Shown here piece after piece: positions 1 to 14,300 of a DNA stretch of 64,000 nt. Below the pieces are notes generated by a model. It was not told where the DNA came from and ran no database searches. It saw only the letters and a program-made list of their open reading frames with translations. A program made the translations under genes and the position numbers. The stretch covers positions 1,736,001 through 1,800,000 of the forward strand of contig OZ218953.1 in the NCBI GenBank assembly GCA_965112735.1. Direction: 5' to 3'. Numbering within the stretch: the stretch's first letter is position 1; each line of letters begins with the position of its first letter. The stretch is from Phaeosaccion multiseriatum (lineage: Eukaryota > Protista > Ochrophyta, other classes).

Positions 1-2
1 CT

Positions 3-1379
3 TCCCCCGTGGGCAAAGCTCACCACCCTCATAGCCAGCGACGGGCAGGAGGGGGCGCGGGAGGGGGAGGGCAGCAGGGCAAATCGGGAGGGGTGGGCAG
101 TGTCCTGACGAGTGGTCTCTTCTCTCCATCCAAGAGGAGCCGTGGCGGCGGGGCGGGGGCGGGGGCTGGGACTCCTGTTGGCTCCCCCCGGGGGGCGTAC
201 CTCTCTTCTTCCTCCACTTTGGTGCGATCCAGTTCTGTTTTCTCTTTTGGAAGGAGTGGGGGGGGGGGGGGAGGAGGTTCTGCCTTTCCAGGAGGAGGGG
301 GAGGAGGAGCAGGCACGTGTAGCAGCAGTAGCAGGGGCAGCAGCAGCAGCAGCAGAAGTAACTTGCTGAGACAGCAGTCCTCGTCGTCGTCTTCGAGCTT
401 CCACCGCAGCTTCATTCTGGAGACGCAAACGAGGAAGTGGCAAACACGCACGCTTGCCTCATTCTTGCCGGACTTCTTGCTGCGTGACTTTCTGGAGAAC
501 CACGCCAAGCAGGGCTACGTGTGGGGTCAGGAGCCGGGCATGAAGGAGTGCCATGGCGCCATCGCCATGATGGATCTGTGTGGCTTCACAAGACTGGCGG
601 AGGACCTGAATCAACTCGACGCGGGAGGGGGGCTCCTGGCACCGCCGCCGCCCCTGAGCGGAGGGGATGGGGCGGGAGGAGGCGCAACCGTTTCAGCCAC
701 GGCTGCTGCTACAGCTGAAGCGACAATGGCAGCGGCAAGGACAAGGACGAGAGTTGGGGGCACGGCCGGCGACCCCTCTTTTGTGTCTGCTCGTGCTGCA
801 GATGGGATAGTGGAGGAGAGGGCAGCGGGACAACAGCAGGGCACCCCGGGGGGCAAGAGGAAGCGGCGCAGGAGTAGCGAAGGCTCCCGGGGAGAGGAGG
901 AGGAGGAGGAGGAGGAGGAGGAGGAGGAGGAGGAGCAACGGGGAGAGACAGCAGCGGAACAAGCCAGCGACCCCCCTTCGGCTGTTGCATCCCACTCAGC
1001 AGCCGCAGCAGTTGGTAATACAGCAGCAGCGAGTGGTGCTAGTGTCGCAAGCAGCTCCATGGGGTGCGTGGGAGGAGGTGGTGTCTCTTATGTGTCCTCC
1101 TCTCGCCCGGAGAGGGTAGGGTCCAGACGCCGCAGTCTGAGTCTTTCGCCGAGCAAAATTGCCATTTGTCGGAGTGGGGTGGGCGGCACATTGGAAGTTT
1201 GTTGTCCGCCGGTGGTGGTAAGTGGTACCTCGGATAACAACGAGAAGGCACAGCACATCGAGCCACCACCCCGTGAGAGTCACAGAGAGCGAGCAGACAC
1301 ACTGCCTTCACACGAGGGCCAGTTACAGAAACAGCAGCAACGGCGGCCTCAGATACCACTCCCGGATCAGGGGGTGATA

Positions 1380-1414
<35 letters not shown>

Positions 1415-4400
1415 TATCAGCCGCGGAGATGTATCCGCGGCAGTGACTGTGGATGGGGAGGAGGTGGTGGTGGTGGTGGAGGAGGAGGGGGACAGTGACA
1501 AGGAGAATCTCGGACAAGAAGAAAGAACGACCAAGGAGGCTAAGAAAAGGCGCTCGAACTCGAACGGCTCTCGCCAAAGCTTTGGGACCACCACCAGCAG
1601 CAACAGCAGTACTAGCAGTACTAGTGGCAGCGGTGATAGCAATGACAGCAACAACGCTCCCGGACCTGCAGCAGGGGGCAAGGAGGCCAAAGCTCTGCCG
1701 CCCCAGCAGGGGGCAGGGAAGGGCGTGCCTAGCTTCAGCGGCAATCAGACCCTTCCCTCACCTTTCGTCGTTGGTCCTCCGCGCTCTTCGCTTGTCTCTG
1801 CCAGGCCGCAAGTAGTCCACCCTTCTCGCGACCGCCCGAGCCTCGGACACTTGGGTCATCGCCACCATCACCACCCCCAAGGACGAGTAGGAGTAGGAGG
1901 ATTAGCAGGAGGCAGTCCAGTCCGTCCCTCCTCCGCTGCGGTGGCTGCTGCTGCCGCGGCGGCTGCAGCCCTCGCGGCCAGCAAGACGGGATTGGGCATG
2001 AATGGGTACGCGGACGTGCAAGCCAGGCTGGGGGCGGAGAGGCTGAGGCTCATCACGGGAGACTTCTTCAAGGTTCGTTCCTTCCTTCCTTCCTTCCTCC
2101 CTTTAATCTCTCCTCACTCAATGACTCACTCACTCACGCACTCCCGCACGCCCCCCGCCCTCCCGTCCTCCCCCCTCCCCGCTTCGCCCTCCCCTTTCTC
2201 CTCTCCTCCCCACCCCCCCCCCCCCCCACACACACACGCAGGAACTCATGGCTGCCATTGTAGCGGCGGGAGGAGACGTCATCAGACTTGCTGGCGACGC
2301 CCTCATCGTCCTCTTCCGCGCCCCATCTCCACCTCCATTGCTCGACAGCAGCACCAGCACTAGCGCAAGTGGAGCCGAGCAGAGCCGTGCCCTACGGCAG
2401 GTGGTGCGAGACTCGGTCAAGCTTTCCTTGCTGTGCGTGCAAAAGCTCAGCGGGAGGAAGTACCAAGGATACCCCATGAAGCTTAGGGTGGGGCTGGGCG
2501 TCGGAAAGGTGCGTGAGTGACTGCGTGGGTGCGCGCGTGTGCGTGGGTGGGTGGGTGGGGGCGGTTAGCAGAACACACACACACAATAGAAAGAGACCGG
2601 ATGTCTTGGGTCCCAACCGTGGCACTTCCTCACCCTACCTCTGCCGCTGACTAAACCTCTCCCTCCCCCTCCCTCTCTCTCTCTGTGTGTGTGTCTGACT
2701 GTCTGTCTCTTCGTATGCACGCACCATGCACCACAGGTTCGCCTGCTCGTGGTGGGCGCGCACGAACACGGCTGGCAGCACGTGGTGTCAGGAGAGCCCT
2801 TCCATCAGCTGCCATCCACCCTCGACGACGGAGAGGCCGGTCAGGTGGTGGTGTCTCCAGAGGCTTGGGCGCTGCTCAGTGAGCTCGGGGACTCTCGCTT
2901 CCAAGGGCAGCGTGTGGGGGGGGGCAAGGAGGAGCAGGAGGGAGAGGGAGGGAGCTGTGATTCCAGCGATGCTTCGAGCGTCTGTGGTAGTGCTTCTTCT
3001 CCTCGCCAACATGGCGATGAGGAAAGCCTCAGTGAGGGGGACGACGACAAGGATGATGATGATGAGGAGGAGGAGGAGGAGCAGGAGGAAGGGAAAGATG
3101 GGGGAAGTCAAAACCGCATCGTGACATACGACGGACCCTTGGACGGAGAGCCTGGCAGCAATAGCAGCAGGAGGAGGAGCGGCGGTGGCGATGGCGATGG
3201 TGAGGGAGGACAGGAAGAAGAGGCCGCAAGCGTAGGGGTATCACTCCGCGACGGGCTGAAGGGGGGGGTAGGGGGCAGTCCGCGAGGGGCCTTTCGACGC
3301 CAGGCGAGGCACAACTCCTTCGCGCAGGATGTGGACGACAGACAGACGCTGCTGAGGAGCATCAGCAACGCGGAGGATAGCAGTATGGCCACTCTGCTGC
3401 CTGTGGAGGGCGGCTCCAGCTTAAGGGCCTTTATCCCCGCCTGCGTGCAGCATGCGTGCGAGGCCGAAGGGGGCGGCTGGTTCGGCTACACGCGGCGCAT
3501 CAGCATGATGTTCGTCAAGATTGGACTGCCCAGGCGCAGGAGCCAACGAGATAGGCGACAGCAGCAGCAGGAGTTGATGATACAGCAGCAACAGATGGGA
3601 GGAGACGGAGAGGGAGAGGGGAGGTGGCCACCGCTTGCCGAGGCCGAGGCGCAGCGGTGGATGCAGCAGGACGGTTGGCAAGAGCAAGAAGAACAAGTAG
3701 GAGGACGAGAAGGAGGAGCCGTCGACCATGGATGCAGCGGGGTCGATGGGACCGACACTGAGTACGATGATGAGGCAGAGGAGGACGAGGCCCCTCTGAG
3801 TCTGGCGGAGGTGCAAGAGCTCTTCCTCACCATGCAGGCCGCCGTATGCAGGTACGAACCGACAAAACTGACTTGGCTGACACCAAGTTCTGACCGTATC
3901 GTACATCCCAAGTACTGGCTGACTTGACTCCCACTGACATATGACTGAACTTGTTGCTGAAACCAGGTACCAAGGCTTCATCAAGGAGTTCACAATGGAC
4001 GACAAGGGCCTCGTGCTGGTGGCAGCGCATGGTCTGCCGCCGGCCCGCACCGCCGCGGGGACCCACAACGCCTTACCAGGCAGAGCGGTAGAGGCAGCTC
4101 TCCTCCTCGTCGATAAGGTGTGGGGGGAGCGTGGCCTCTCGGCCTATGTGGGCGTGAGTACAGGTATGGTGTTCACTGCCTCTGTCGGGCAGGACAGGAG
4201 AGAACTTGCCATGGTTGGGGACACCGTCAACACCGCAGCGAGACTCATGTCGCACGCTGCTAAGCTGGGGTAAGTACCACACATTCGGAGAGAGGAGAGG
4301 AGAGTTTACTAACTACTGTTTATCGAGGGGCTTGTTTGCTGCGTGCAAGCAAAAACCAAAATTCTACCTACAAGGCGGGCGGCACGGGGAGTATGGGCAA

Positions 4401-5202
4401 GGAGTGGTTTCGCTTCTGTTCTCTTCGCTTCCCCTCCCACCCCTTCAACCACCCGCCCTCCTCTTCCCTCTTGACTCTTCTCCCCGCTTTCGCAAGAATA
4501 CTCACCACACGCCAAACCCTCTCTGTCCTGACACCCTCTCTCACCCTTGTGTGTCCTGACACCTCTGCTTAGGTCGGACGGTCGAGACGGAGGGGTGGTG
4601 TTGGTGGACTCCCCCACGCGCACACACACCGTGGCCATTAGCAGCGGTGCCAGTCGGGTCAGCTCTCTCCGAGGGGGGCTGGGGATGCATGGAGCCGCGG
4701 GATGCCTCAACTCTTTCGGGGGGGGAAGGGTGGGCGAGGCGGGCAGCAACAGCAACAGCAACAGCACTAGTCATCCTAAGTGCCGATTTGACTTTGAGGT
4801 GCTCGGCAAGGTGGCGTTGAAAGGGAAGCAGTTCCCAATCCCTGTCTTCCGTCCATACCTCAAGGCCCGTGGATTCAACACTACTTCAAGTACTACCCAA
4901 CGAGGAGGAGCTTGGGGTGCTGCGTCTACGGGTGGCGCGAGTGGCGGGGCGATGATGTCACGTGACGAGTTTGAGTTTGGCCTCTCTCTGTCCTTGTCTG
5001 CCTCGAAAGGGGCCGTAGGAGCAGGGTCAGGTGTGGGTGTGGGAGTGGGAGGGACAGAGGACGAGGGGGGGAGGCTTGACCGGACCGACGCCGCCTCACT
5101 CGCCTCTGTCGACAATGACAGTGACACCTCCGTCGTGTGCGCCTCGTGTGAGGGCATGAGCAGGGTGCCTCTCGAGCCTCTGCTGGCCAGGTGCGTTGGT
5201 GC

Positions 5203-5256
<54 letters not shown>

Positions 5257-8200
5257 GTGTGTGTGCCCGGGTTGCCTGCCGGCCTGCCTGCCGGCCTGCC
5301 TGCTTCCTGCCCAGGTGCCAATACGCTTAGACTTGTATTGTCAGACAGCATACGGTTGGCGGCCAAGGTTACAATAGTCAGTAGTGCTCCCCTTTTATGT
5401 TTTGGGCTTGCGCTGACCTTACCTCCCTCTTGGCCCCATCCACTGCCACCCCTCCACCATCTGCCCCTCGCTCTGCATGGCCCTGTTGCGCGCCCTCCAC
5501 CTTCCCATTCCCTTGTTCAGAGAGGCGCTGAAGCAACAAGCGTGGGCCCGCCTCGATGCCTTAGCTCGAGGAGACGACGGAGGACTTCTTGTGCTGGAGG
5601 GCGTGCCGGGGGTGAGTCACGCGCACCCACGTGTGTGTGTGTGTGTGTTGTGTATGTGTGTCCTTCAGTTCAGAGGACCTTCACGTATCTCCTACCGCTT
5701 CTCCTTGTTAACCATGTCAATGTGTGTGTGTGTCGCAGGGTGGTAAATCTGCCTTTCTGTCCCACCTGATGAGCGACTGGTGCGAGGAAAACCCCGGAGT
5801 GCCAGTGCTTTGGGGCCATGAGCCCAACTGCAAGTTCGGCTACTACCAGAAAGGAAAGGGCGGAGGAGGGCCGAGGGGGGCAAAGGACGAGGGGGCCAAA
5901 GACAGCAACTCCGCTGCCGCTGCTGCCGCCGCTGCTGCCACGGCTGCCATCACCGGTGCCAAAGACGGCGGTCGAGGCAGGACTTGCCGCAAGACGTCCT
6001 GTTCGATGGCAGCAGACGGCGGCCCCGGTGGGGTGAGAAGAGTGTCAAGCTCCTCTGCCCCAGGTTTAAATGGCGCGAACGGCGCAAGTGGTGGTGGAGG
6101 AGCAGGAGGAGGCAGCAGTGGGGCAAGTGGCGGTGGTGTAGGAGGAGGAGGAGGAGGAGGAGGCGGCGATGTTGATCCGCACAGTGAACACTCCGACCCC
6201 GACCCTGACCCCATGTCGGTGTGGCGAGAGGTGGTGATTGGCGTCCTCCTGCTCTATAAGCAGCCTGTGCTCTCCATGGCGCAGGCCTGCCTCCTCGCCA
6301 GGGACATGGAAGTGCAATCGTTCGGCACCAAGACACCCCCTCGCCGCACGTCGGTCACCCCCTCTGCGGCTGCGGCTGCGTATCGTTGCCGCAGTGCCTC
6401 GTCTGTGGGCGGGGGCGGGAGGATGGCAGTGGATGGGGCGCGCTACAGTGTGGGAAGGCTCTCGGGTGCTTCTTCCTGCTGCTGCTGCGGTGGCGGCAGT
6501 GGCGGTGGCGCCGACGGTCCTCGGTCTCCGCTCTCCTTCAGCTTCAGTGGGTCGATTTCGCCTGTCTTTAACCGGGGGGGGGCTGGGGTGAGGAGGGCAG
6601 GAGGAGGAGAAGGAAGGGAACGAGGGGAAGCAGGGGCGGTGATGCGGATGGGGATGGGCATGCGAGATATTGACTCATCAGGGCACGGCATGGAGGCAGA
6701 GGGTGGTACCGACGACACCCATGCTCCTGCTTCTGCTGCTCCTTCTTCGTCTTCTTCTTCTTCTTCTTCCTCGGCTCGTCTCTCGGGGCATCAGCAGCAG
6801 GGCTCTCTGCTCGGGTCTAGCCTTTTGGGTGGGACGTCGTCTTCATCAGGTACGGGGGCACTGTCTCTGGGATCGACATTGAGTCTCCAGACAATGATGA
6901 GGCTCAAGATGGGTTCCAGAGGAGCTGCGCTATCGCTCGATACCTCTTCGGCGTCCTCGTCCATGAGCTTGACTGCGGATGAGCAGGATCTCGACAGTAG
7001 TATTGAGGAGGGCGAAGAGGAGGGGAGCGACGACTCCGAAGATGAAGTGGTGGAGCAACTGGACTTGCGTATTCTGCCACAGGAGGAGGAGGAGGAGGAG
7101 GAGAAGGAGCAGGAGTTGAAATGGCGGGCAGCACGGGAGGATGACCTAGCCTCTGGGAAGAAACTAGAGAGAGAGAAAAGAGGGTGTGTAGGTGCGGGAC
7201 GAGAAGGCGACAGGCTGGGCTTGAAGCTGAGCAGGCGGGTCGACTCGTTGCCCTCGCCCACTTCTCCGCCCCCGTTTGGCTGTTTCGGAGCGTCCTTTAC
7301 GAGCAGCAGCCGGTCTCCCTCGCCGTCGTACGTGCCGAGGGGGGCGAACAGCTCTCCCCGATCACCACCACCACGAGCAGCAGCAGCAGCAAGACCAGTT
7401 GGTGATACATCAGCAGCAGCCTCACCACTTCCCTCACCAGAGAGAGTGCATCATTTTCCCATGTCGCCGAACGCCCGACCCTCCCTGGGAGCAGCAGCAC
7501 CAGCAGCAGTTGGTGAAACGGCAGCAGCAGCAGCAGCAGCAGCAGTGCTGGAGAGGAAGGGCCAAGCAGCAGGGGTTCCGATACAGGGCCGGCCATCGGG
7601 ATCCTCCCACCACCGCGGCGGCGGAGCGAGGAACAACGAGGGTAGCAGCAGCGGTGGCGACTCTTCTGCACATGTAAAGGCAAAGGACGCGGCGCAGGCT
7701 GTCAGGAGTCTCCAGAAGCAACTTAGTCACAGTCCAGTCCCGAACGAGGCCCCTGCTGTCGTGCCAGCGGCGAGTTCACTGACTTGTGTTGACCCGAGGG
7801 GGCTAGGCCGAGCCCGAGGAGGAGGGTGTGACGACAATGGTGCTGTTATTGCTGGCCGTGGCAACGGCAGCAGCAGCAGCAGGCCCCCGGGCAGAATGAC
7901 TGGAGTAGGAGGAGGAGGAGGAGGAGGAGGAGGAGGAGGAGGAGGAGGAGGAGGAGGAGGAGGAGGAGGTAGGAGTACGGCGGGGGGGCGTATCAACAGC
8001 CCCCGGGGGGACGACGTGATGCGGATGCGGGCGGGGGACTTCTCTCGTATCACCACCTTGCTTAGCGACGAGAAGTACCAGCGGACCATGGCCAGGACTC
8101 CTCGTGAGGCGGGCCACAACCACCACCAAATGCACCGGCGAGGAGGAGGGGGGGGAGGAGGAGGGGGAAACGGCGTAGGCACGGGGGGTGTACAGGCGGG

Positions 8201-10038
8201 CCGACGTTCGTTGTCGTCTCCTTCGGGTTTTTCCCATCGCCACCCGTACTCGCAGCAGCCCTTCTCTCACCGGCAGCAGCGCTTGCAAGGTGGTAGCACC
8301 AACAACAGCAGCAGCAGCAGCAGCAGCAGCGAGAGTAGCGGTGGCAGCAGCGGAAGCGGTGGCAGTAGCGGCGGCTCTGCTGGGGTCAGTGGGCAGAGCA
8401 ACGCGAGTAACTGTGATGGCAAGTCCCAGCGTTATTCCCTTGGAGGGGGTGGGGGTGGAGGGTTTCCGAATCGAGGAGGCGGGGGAGGAGGAGGAGGAGG
8501 AACGGCCGCTTCGGGAAGTCTTCCTCCCACCACGCCTACCCGCGGCCCTTCGCGTCGCGGCGCGGTTTCCCTCATGGCTCGAAGCAGCAACAGCATCAAC
8601 AACATCAATAACCTCCGCAGCAGCATGGGCAGTAGCCTCAGTCGCGTGCCGGGCAACAGCAACCATAACACCAAAAACATGCCGCACCCTCGGTGTCCCG
8701 TGCACGGCCTTCAGCGGCAGCACATGCAGGAGGAAGAAGAGCTCTTGCCGCCCTTTTCCGGGGGCTTCGGGGCCTACCCAGACGAAGGGGATGACAATGC
8801 ATGGTCGCGCGGGCATGTGCTTCACTTCTTCTTTGAGCACTATCTGCCCACGGAGGCGAGTACGTATTGGCAGATTGGAGACTGGTTGGAAGCCACCATG
8901 CCTGTGCACGACTACCACAGTCCGCACTTCCACCGACCGGAGAGCATCGATGCTGCTGTGATGGATCATGATGGGGATGATGATGATGAGGATGATGATG
9001 GCGGCAGTGTTGGCAGTGGCAGTGCTGTGGCTGAGGCAGGGGCCGGTGCAGGCAGTCTGGACTTTGTCGAGACGCCCACGAGCCGGAAGGGGCGGGGAAG
9101 AGCCTTGCCAGCAGCATCAGAAGATGCGACAGAGGCAGATGGACGCACAGTGCCGGACACCGAAGCTGTAACACCAACTGCTGCTGCTGCTACTGCTGCT
9201 GCTGCTACTGGTGGTGCATCAAAGTCGGTGTCGACGGCGTCTTTTTCGTCGTCTGCTGCCTTCTTTGCTAAAAGAGGCTCAGCAAGCTCTGCAGGTTCCT
9301 CCTCCTGCTTCACCACCACCACAGCGGGAGGCAAGAGCGCCGGTGCTGGCAGCAGCATGACGACGGCAGCGGAGCAAGCGATGCAAGCCGAGCACGCCGA
9401 GCAAGCGTTACAAGACGCTGTGCTCAAGGTGTTGACCGTGCACTGCGGCAGAGATGCAGCAGGAGCAGGGGGCGTTGGTGATACAGCAGCAGAAGGAGGA
9501 GGAGGAGGGGGGAAGCATGGGAAACACAAGGGCAAGCCTTTGGTGGTGGTGATTGATTGCGAGGAGCTCTTGACGGCTCAGGCCCTGCGAATGGCAGAGG
9601 CGGCGTTGCTGAAGCTGCACGAGAGGCTTCTCATCATTGTCACGTGTCCCTCCCCCATGCCCAAGGCAGCGGGGGAGGGCGGTCACTCCTCCTCCTCTGG
9701 TTGTGGACGCGTGCCTTTGTTGGTGTCAAATACGCGCTTCAGAGAGCAGCAGCTGCTGACCATGTGCGCGACGGCCTTTATGACGCCGCTGATGTCTCCG
9801 CGGTCGAGGTGAGGGAGGAAAGAGAGGGAGGGGGGGGGGGGGGGTGAGTGAGGACGGGAGAGAGAAGGAAAGGGAGGGAGGGAGATAGGGGAACGATTGG
9901 TTGCCGTGGCTGGGGGCCGAGGGATTAAGCTGACCTGATGTGATGGATCGTCTAATCGTGTGATCAGCTGATTGAAGGGGAGATGCAGATTCACTCCCAA
10001 GCGTTCAGCGCAAAGCCCCCGCTTGCATGTCTACAATT

Positions 10039-10072
<34 letters not shown>

Positions 10073-10189
10073 TGATGATGATGACAACGATGTATCCACT
10101 AACCAGCAGACGTCCCTCCGAATACGCTCCCCCTTCCCCGACCGATCGGCACTTGGCTCTCACTCCTTGTGCGTACGCACACACACACA

Positions 10190-10226
<37 letters not shown>

Positions 10227-10403
10227 ACAGGTCTATCAACACGATGATCACACGTTGGAGGATGAAGGTGATGAGGGCAGGATGGGATGTGATGGGGTGG
10301 GGCGGAGCAGGGACACAGAGAGAGATGTTCAGTGCCAGGCTTAGGCTTCTGCGGTGGGCCTCATCCGGGGGCCCAAGCTTCCCCATCTTCTGTGATGAAG
10401 ATT

Positions 10404-10440
<37 letters not shown>

Positions 10441-11314
10441 CTACCTTCCTTCCTCTTGCTTCACTGGCCTGACAGGAGAGCTCCCCCACCCGCCTCTCAC
10501 TGTTTCGTCGGTCGGCTCCATTGACCGGCCACTGTCGCCCGCCTGCCTGCCTGCCTGCCCGTATACCTGCCTACCCGCTCTACCGGCCTCGCTCCCCACC
10601 CCCCAGGCACGCCAGAGAAACCAAGAGCGCCTCGCTACTCTGCACATGAATCCGTTGCTCAGGGGGGGAGTCTCCGCCGTCGCCCCGGCAGCAGGCTTTT
10701 CAGCCGCCATCGACACGTCGTCGGCATCTGTGCATGGTGTATCACCAACTGGTGGAGATGGAAGTGGTCGTGGTCGGGCTGTCTGCCTTTCTCCGCTGTC
10801 GGCCACTGCGCCGCCAGCCGTTCTTGAGGAATGCTTGGAGGTGGCACACGCGCCGCGAGGAGGAGGTGGAGGAGAAGGAGGAGAGGACGAGGCGGGTGTG
10901 GGTGCGGGTGTGGCAGGTGCGGCCACGCAGCCACCAGCAGCTGTAGTGGGAGAGGAAGGGTCACCACATGGGTCACAGGGGCCGAAAGTCGAAGGTGTGG
11001 AAGAGGAGCAGCAGGCTCCGCGCCCGGCCCGGCCAGACGGAAGAGGAAGACAGCAAAGGCAAGTTGTGGAGGGGGGGGGGGGGGGGGGGATAGGCTGTGG
11101 ACTGAAAGGCTGTAGGTTGGGTTTCTCGCTCCTCGCTCGTAGTCGGTATTTGACTCTCCCCTCGCCTCATCTCCCTTTCCTCTTCCCCCTTCCACCCCAC
11201 CCCCCTGGGGCAGCAGTGCCCCTCGGGGTTTCAGGGAAGCGCTCGCCGCCTCTCCAAAGAGTGCTGTACGGGCAGCAGGGCATACCGACACTGACATGGG
11301 GGATGATGATGATG

Positions 11315-11348
<34 letters not shown>

Positions 11349-14300
11349 AAACAGCACCAGAACCAGCACCAGAACCAGCACCAGCAGGAGGGGCAGGAGG
11401 GGCAGCTTGTCCACTCTCACCGTAGACACCTCCTTGTCACCTGTCTCCGGTCCTTCTGAGGGAGGAGGCAAGGCGGCGGTGGCATTGAAGGAAGATTACT
11501 GGTCTATGGAGGGCACAGAGAGCACGGAGGGAGGGGCAGAGGACACCGGGGGGAGGGAGGCAGAGAGTGACGGAGATGAAGGGGCAGTGCCGCCGCCCTC
11601 GCCGCCCCGCAGTGGGTTCAAGCGGCAGGAGGGCTGCAGCCAGCTCTTTGTCAGTCCGACAACTCCGACGGCGACAGGGACAGAGCAGTTGGTGATACAG
11701 CATGAGCAGGAGCAGGAGCCGGAGGACGAGGAGGAGGAGGAGGGGGAGCGTCGTATGCAAGAGAGGGGTGTGCAGCAGCGACAGCGGCATTGGCATCAAC
11801 AGCAGCAGCCTCACCCCCATGCTCTCCCTGCCCCTTCGGCAACCATCGGTGTGGAGGACTTCCACGGGGGGGTAGAAGGGAGTCGACTGCGCCTGTCCGG
11901 CAACGACCAAATCGATGGCCTGGCGACTCTGGTGAACCACCTACACAGGCGCCTTGGCTCCCTCTGCCAGACTATGACACTTGCCCCCCTCTCCTTCCAT
12001 GACTGCGGCCGCCTGGTGGCGTACACCCTCGGGGCACAGGGCCTCACGCATTCGGCAGCTGCCGTGTTTTGGCTGAGGACACATGGAGTGCCGGCATACA
12101 TCAAGGAGGTGAGAGAGGAGGACAGGGAGAGGAGGAGGAGGAGGAGGAGGAGGAGGAGGAGGAGGAGGGAAGAGGAGAGTGGGGGGACAAGGAGGAGCAG
12201 ATTATCATTACTGCCTCTCCTTTTTGCTAGCGCTACTGCCAGTCTCTCTCTCTTATGAAATATACGGGGCCTGTTGGAAGAAGTCCTTTCATCGCCCTCA
12301 TCCCTGACATTGCCCTCCTTCCTCTTACCCCCCCTCCTCTCTCTCCCTTTCCTCCCTCCTCCCTCCTCCCTCCTCCCACCCCTCAACTCCTCCTCCGTAC
12401 TGTGACTACCTACCTACCCACCTACCTACTAACGTACCCATCTGCGTAGTACTGCCGCTTTGCCAGGCACATGAACCTGGGAGGGGTGACCGAGTACACA
12501 CAGGCCCCGGAGAACAGCACCAGTCACATAAGGAGCAGCGGTAGTAACAACAACAGCAGTCACATAAGGAGCAGCGGTAGTAACAACAACAGCAGTCATG
12601 TGGGCAGCAGCGGAAGTGACGGGCGACGGTCCTCTGTGTGGGACTTTACAGACCGGGCCTCAGCGGCGTGTGTGCTTGCAGGGGCCGTGCCGCAAGGGGC
12701 TCAGGCTCAAGTGGATAAAGTGCTGCACTCGCTCACTCCGCAGCAGCAGTTCCTCCTCAAGGTGAGTGGGGAGTGAGTGAGTGAGTGAGTGAGTGAGTGA
12801 GTGAGGGAGGGAGTGGGTGAGTAAGTGAGTGAGTGAGTGAGTGAGTGAGTTGAGCTCTCTCTGTCTCAGAGCGTACGTATAAGTGTGTGGGTGCGTGTGT
12901 GCGTGAGAGAGAATGAGGGGTCAGAACAGGGGAGCCCTCGTGGTATGTAGGTAGATGGAGGTATTTCTCTAAGGTATGGCTAGCTCCCTCTGACTGCTGT
13001 ACCACCAATTACGATTGCTGCTGCTGTATCACCAACTGCTGCAGGTCCTGGCGTGCCTTGGTCCGTACGAGACCCCGCTGGACTTGCTGGAACAGGTGGG
13101 TCAAGGCGAATGCACAACAAGTGTACTTCATTGCTTTGATTGATTGCTCGCATTGGTCTCTCTCTCTCTCTCTCTCTCTCTCATTGTCGTCAGCCCCTGA
13201 CCCCTCTCCTCCGGTCCCATCCTCTCCTCTCCCCTCCCCTCCTCTCCCTTCCCCTCTCCCCCTCTCGTCTCTCCTCCCCTCCTCTCCCTTCCCCTCTCCC
13301 CCTCTCCTCTCCCCTCCCCTCCTCTCCCTTCCCCTCTCCCCCTCTCGTCTCTCCTCCCCTTCTCTCTACTCGACTCTACTCTACTCGGCGTGTGTGCGGT
13401 GGTGTGTGTTGCGCTCCACAGGTGTACCCAATCACGGTTGTGGGAAACTCTCTGGAGAGTGAAGTGGCGGTGCTGGAGGGCTACGACATCCTCACCACGC
13501 GGCATACCTCCGTCCGAGTTCCTCGCCGCGGAGCAGTTGGTGATGCCGCACCAGCGGCCGGGAAAGGGCAAGACGTTCGCACCTCCTCCTCTTCTTCCAA
13601 GGAAGTGGAGGACGAAGAGACTAGTGGCAATGGTGGTGGTACAAGTAAAACCACAGATGGCAGCAGTACCAGTGGGAGTACAACCAACACAAGCACCGTA
13701 GTAGTGGAGGCGATGCTCATCTCCTTCAAAGACCTTGTCTTGCACCAAGTGGTGTATGTGGAGATGTCCTTCATGCAGCGGCAGCAGCTGCACCAGTCGG
13801 CGGCAGAGTGGCACAGCAAGAGGGCGGGGAGAGGGCAGGCCAAGCCCCCTGCCGTCATTGAGCACCTCGCCAGGGCACAGAACAAACACAAGGTGTGTGT
13901 GTGTATGTGTGTGTTTGTGTGTGTATGTGTTTGTTTGTTTGTGTATGTGTGTGTGGGTGGGGTCAGAGGGATGGGGGGGGTACGTGCGTGGTGGGTGGGG
14001 GGGGAGGTTGTAGGTGTGTGGGTTGGGGTGAGAGGAAGTACACTGGGCACCCCACGCACCCAACCCACTATAGTGGGACCGTCAAAGACCTCCCCCGAAC
14101 CCCCCCCGCCCCTGCCCCTCCTCCCTCTCCTCTCCTCCCCGCCCACCGCCCACCATCCACTGCCATCCTTCTGACCCCCTCCCCCCCCCAACCGCCCCGT
14201 TATCAACTACCCGTAGGCACTGGTGCATGGCCTGGTGTTCGGTCGTCCCCAACTGGAGGCTTGGGCCCGCCGCTGCTTCCTTCGCATGCCTCTGGGGCTG

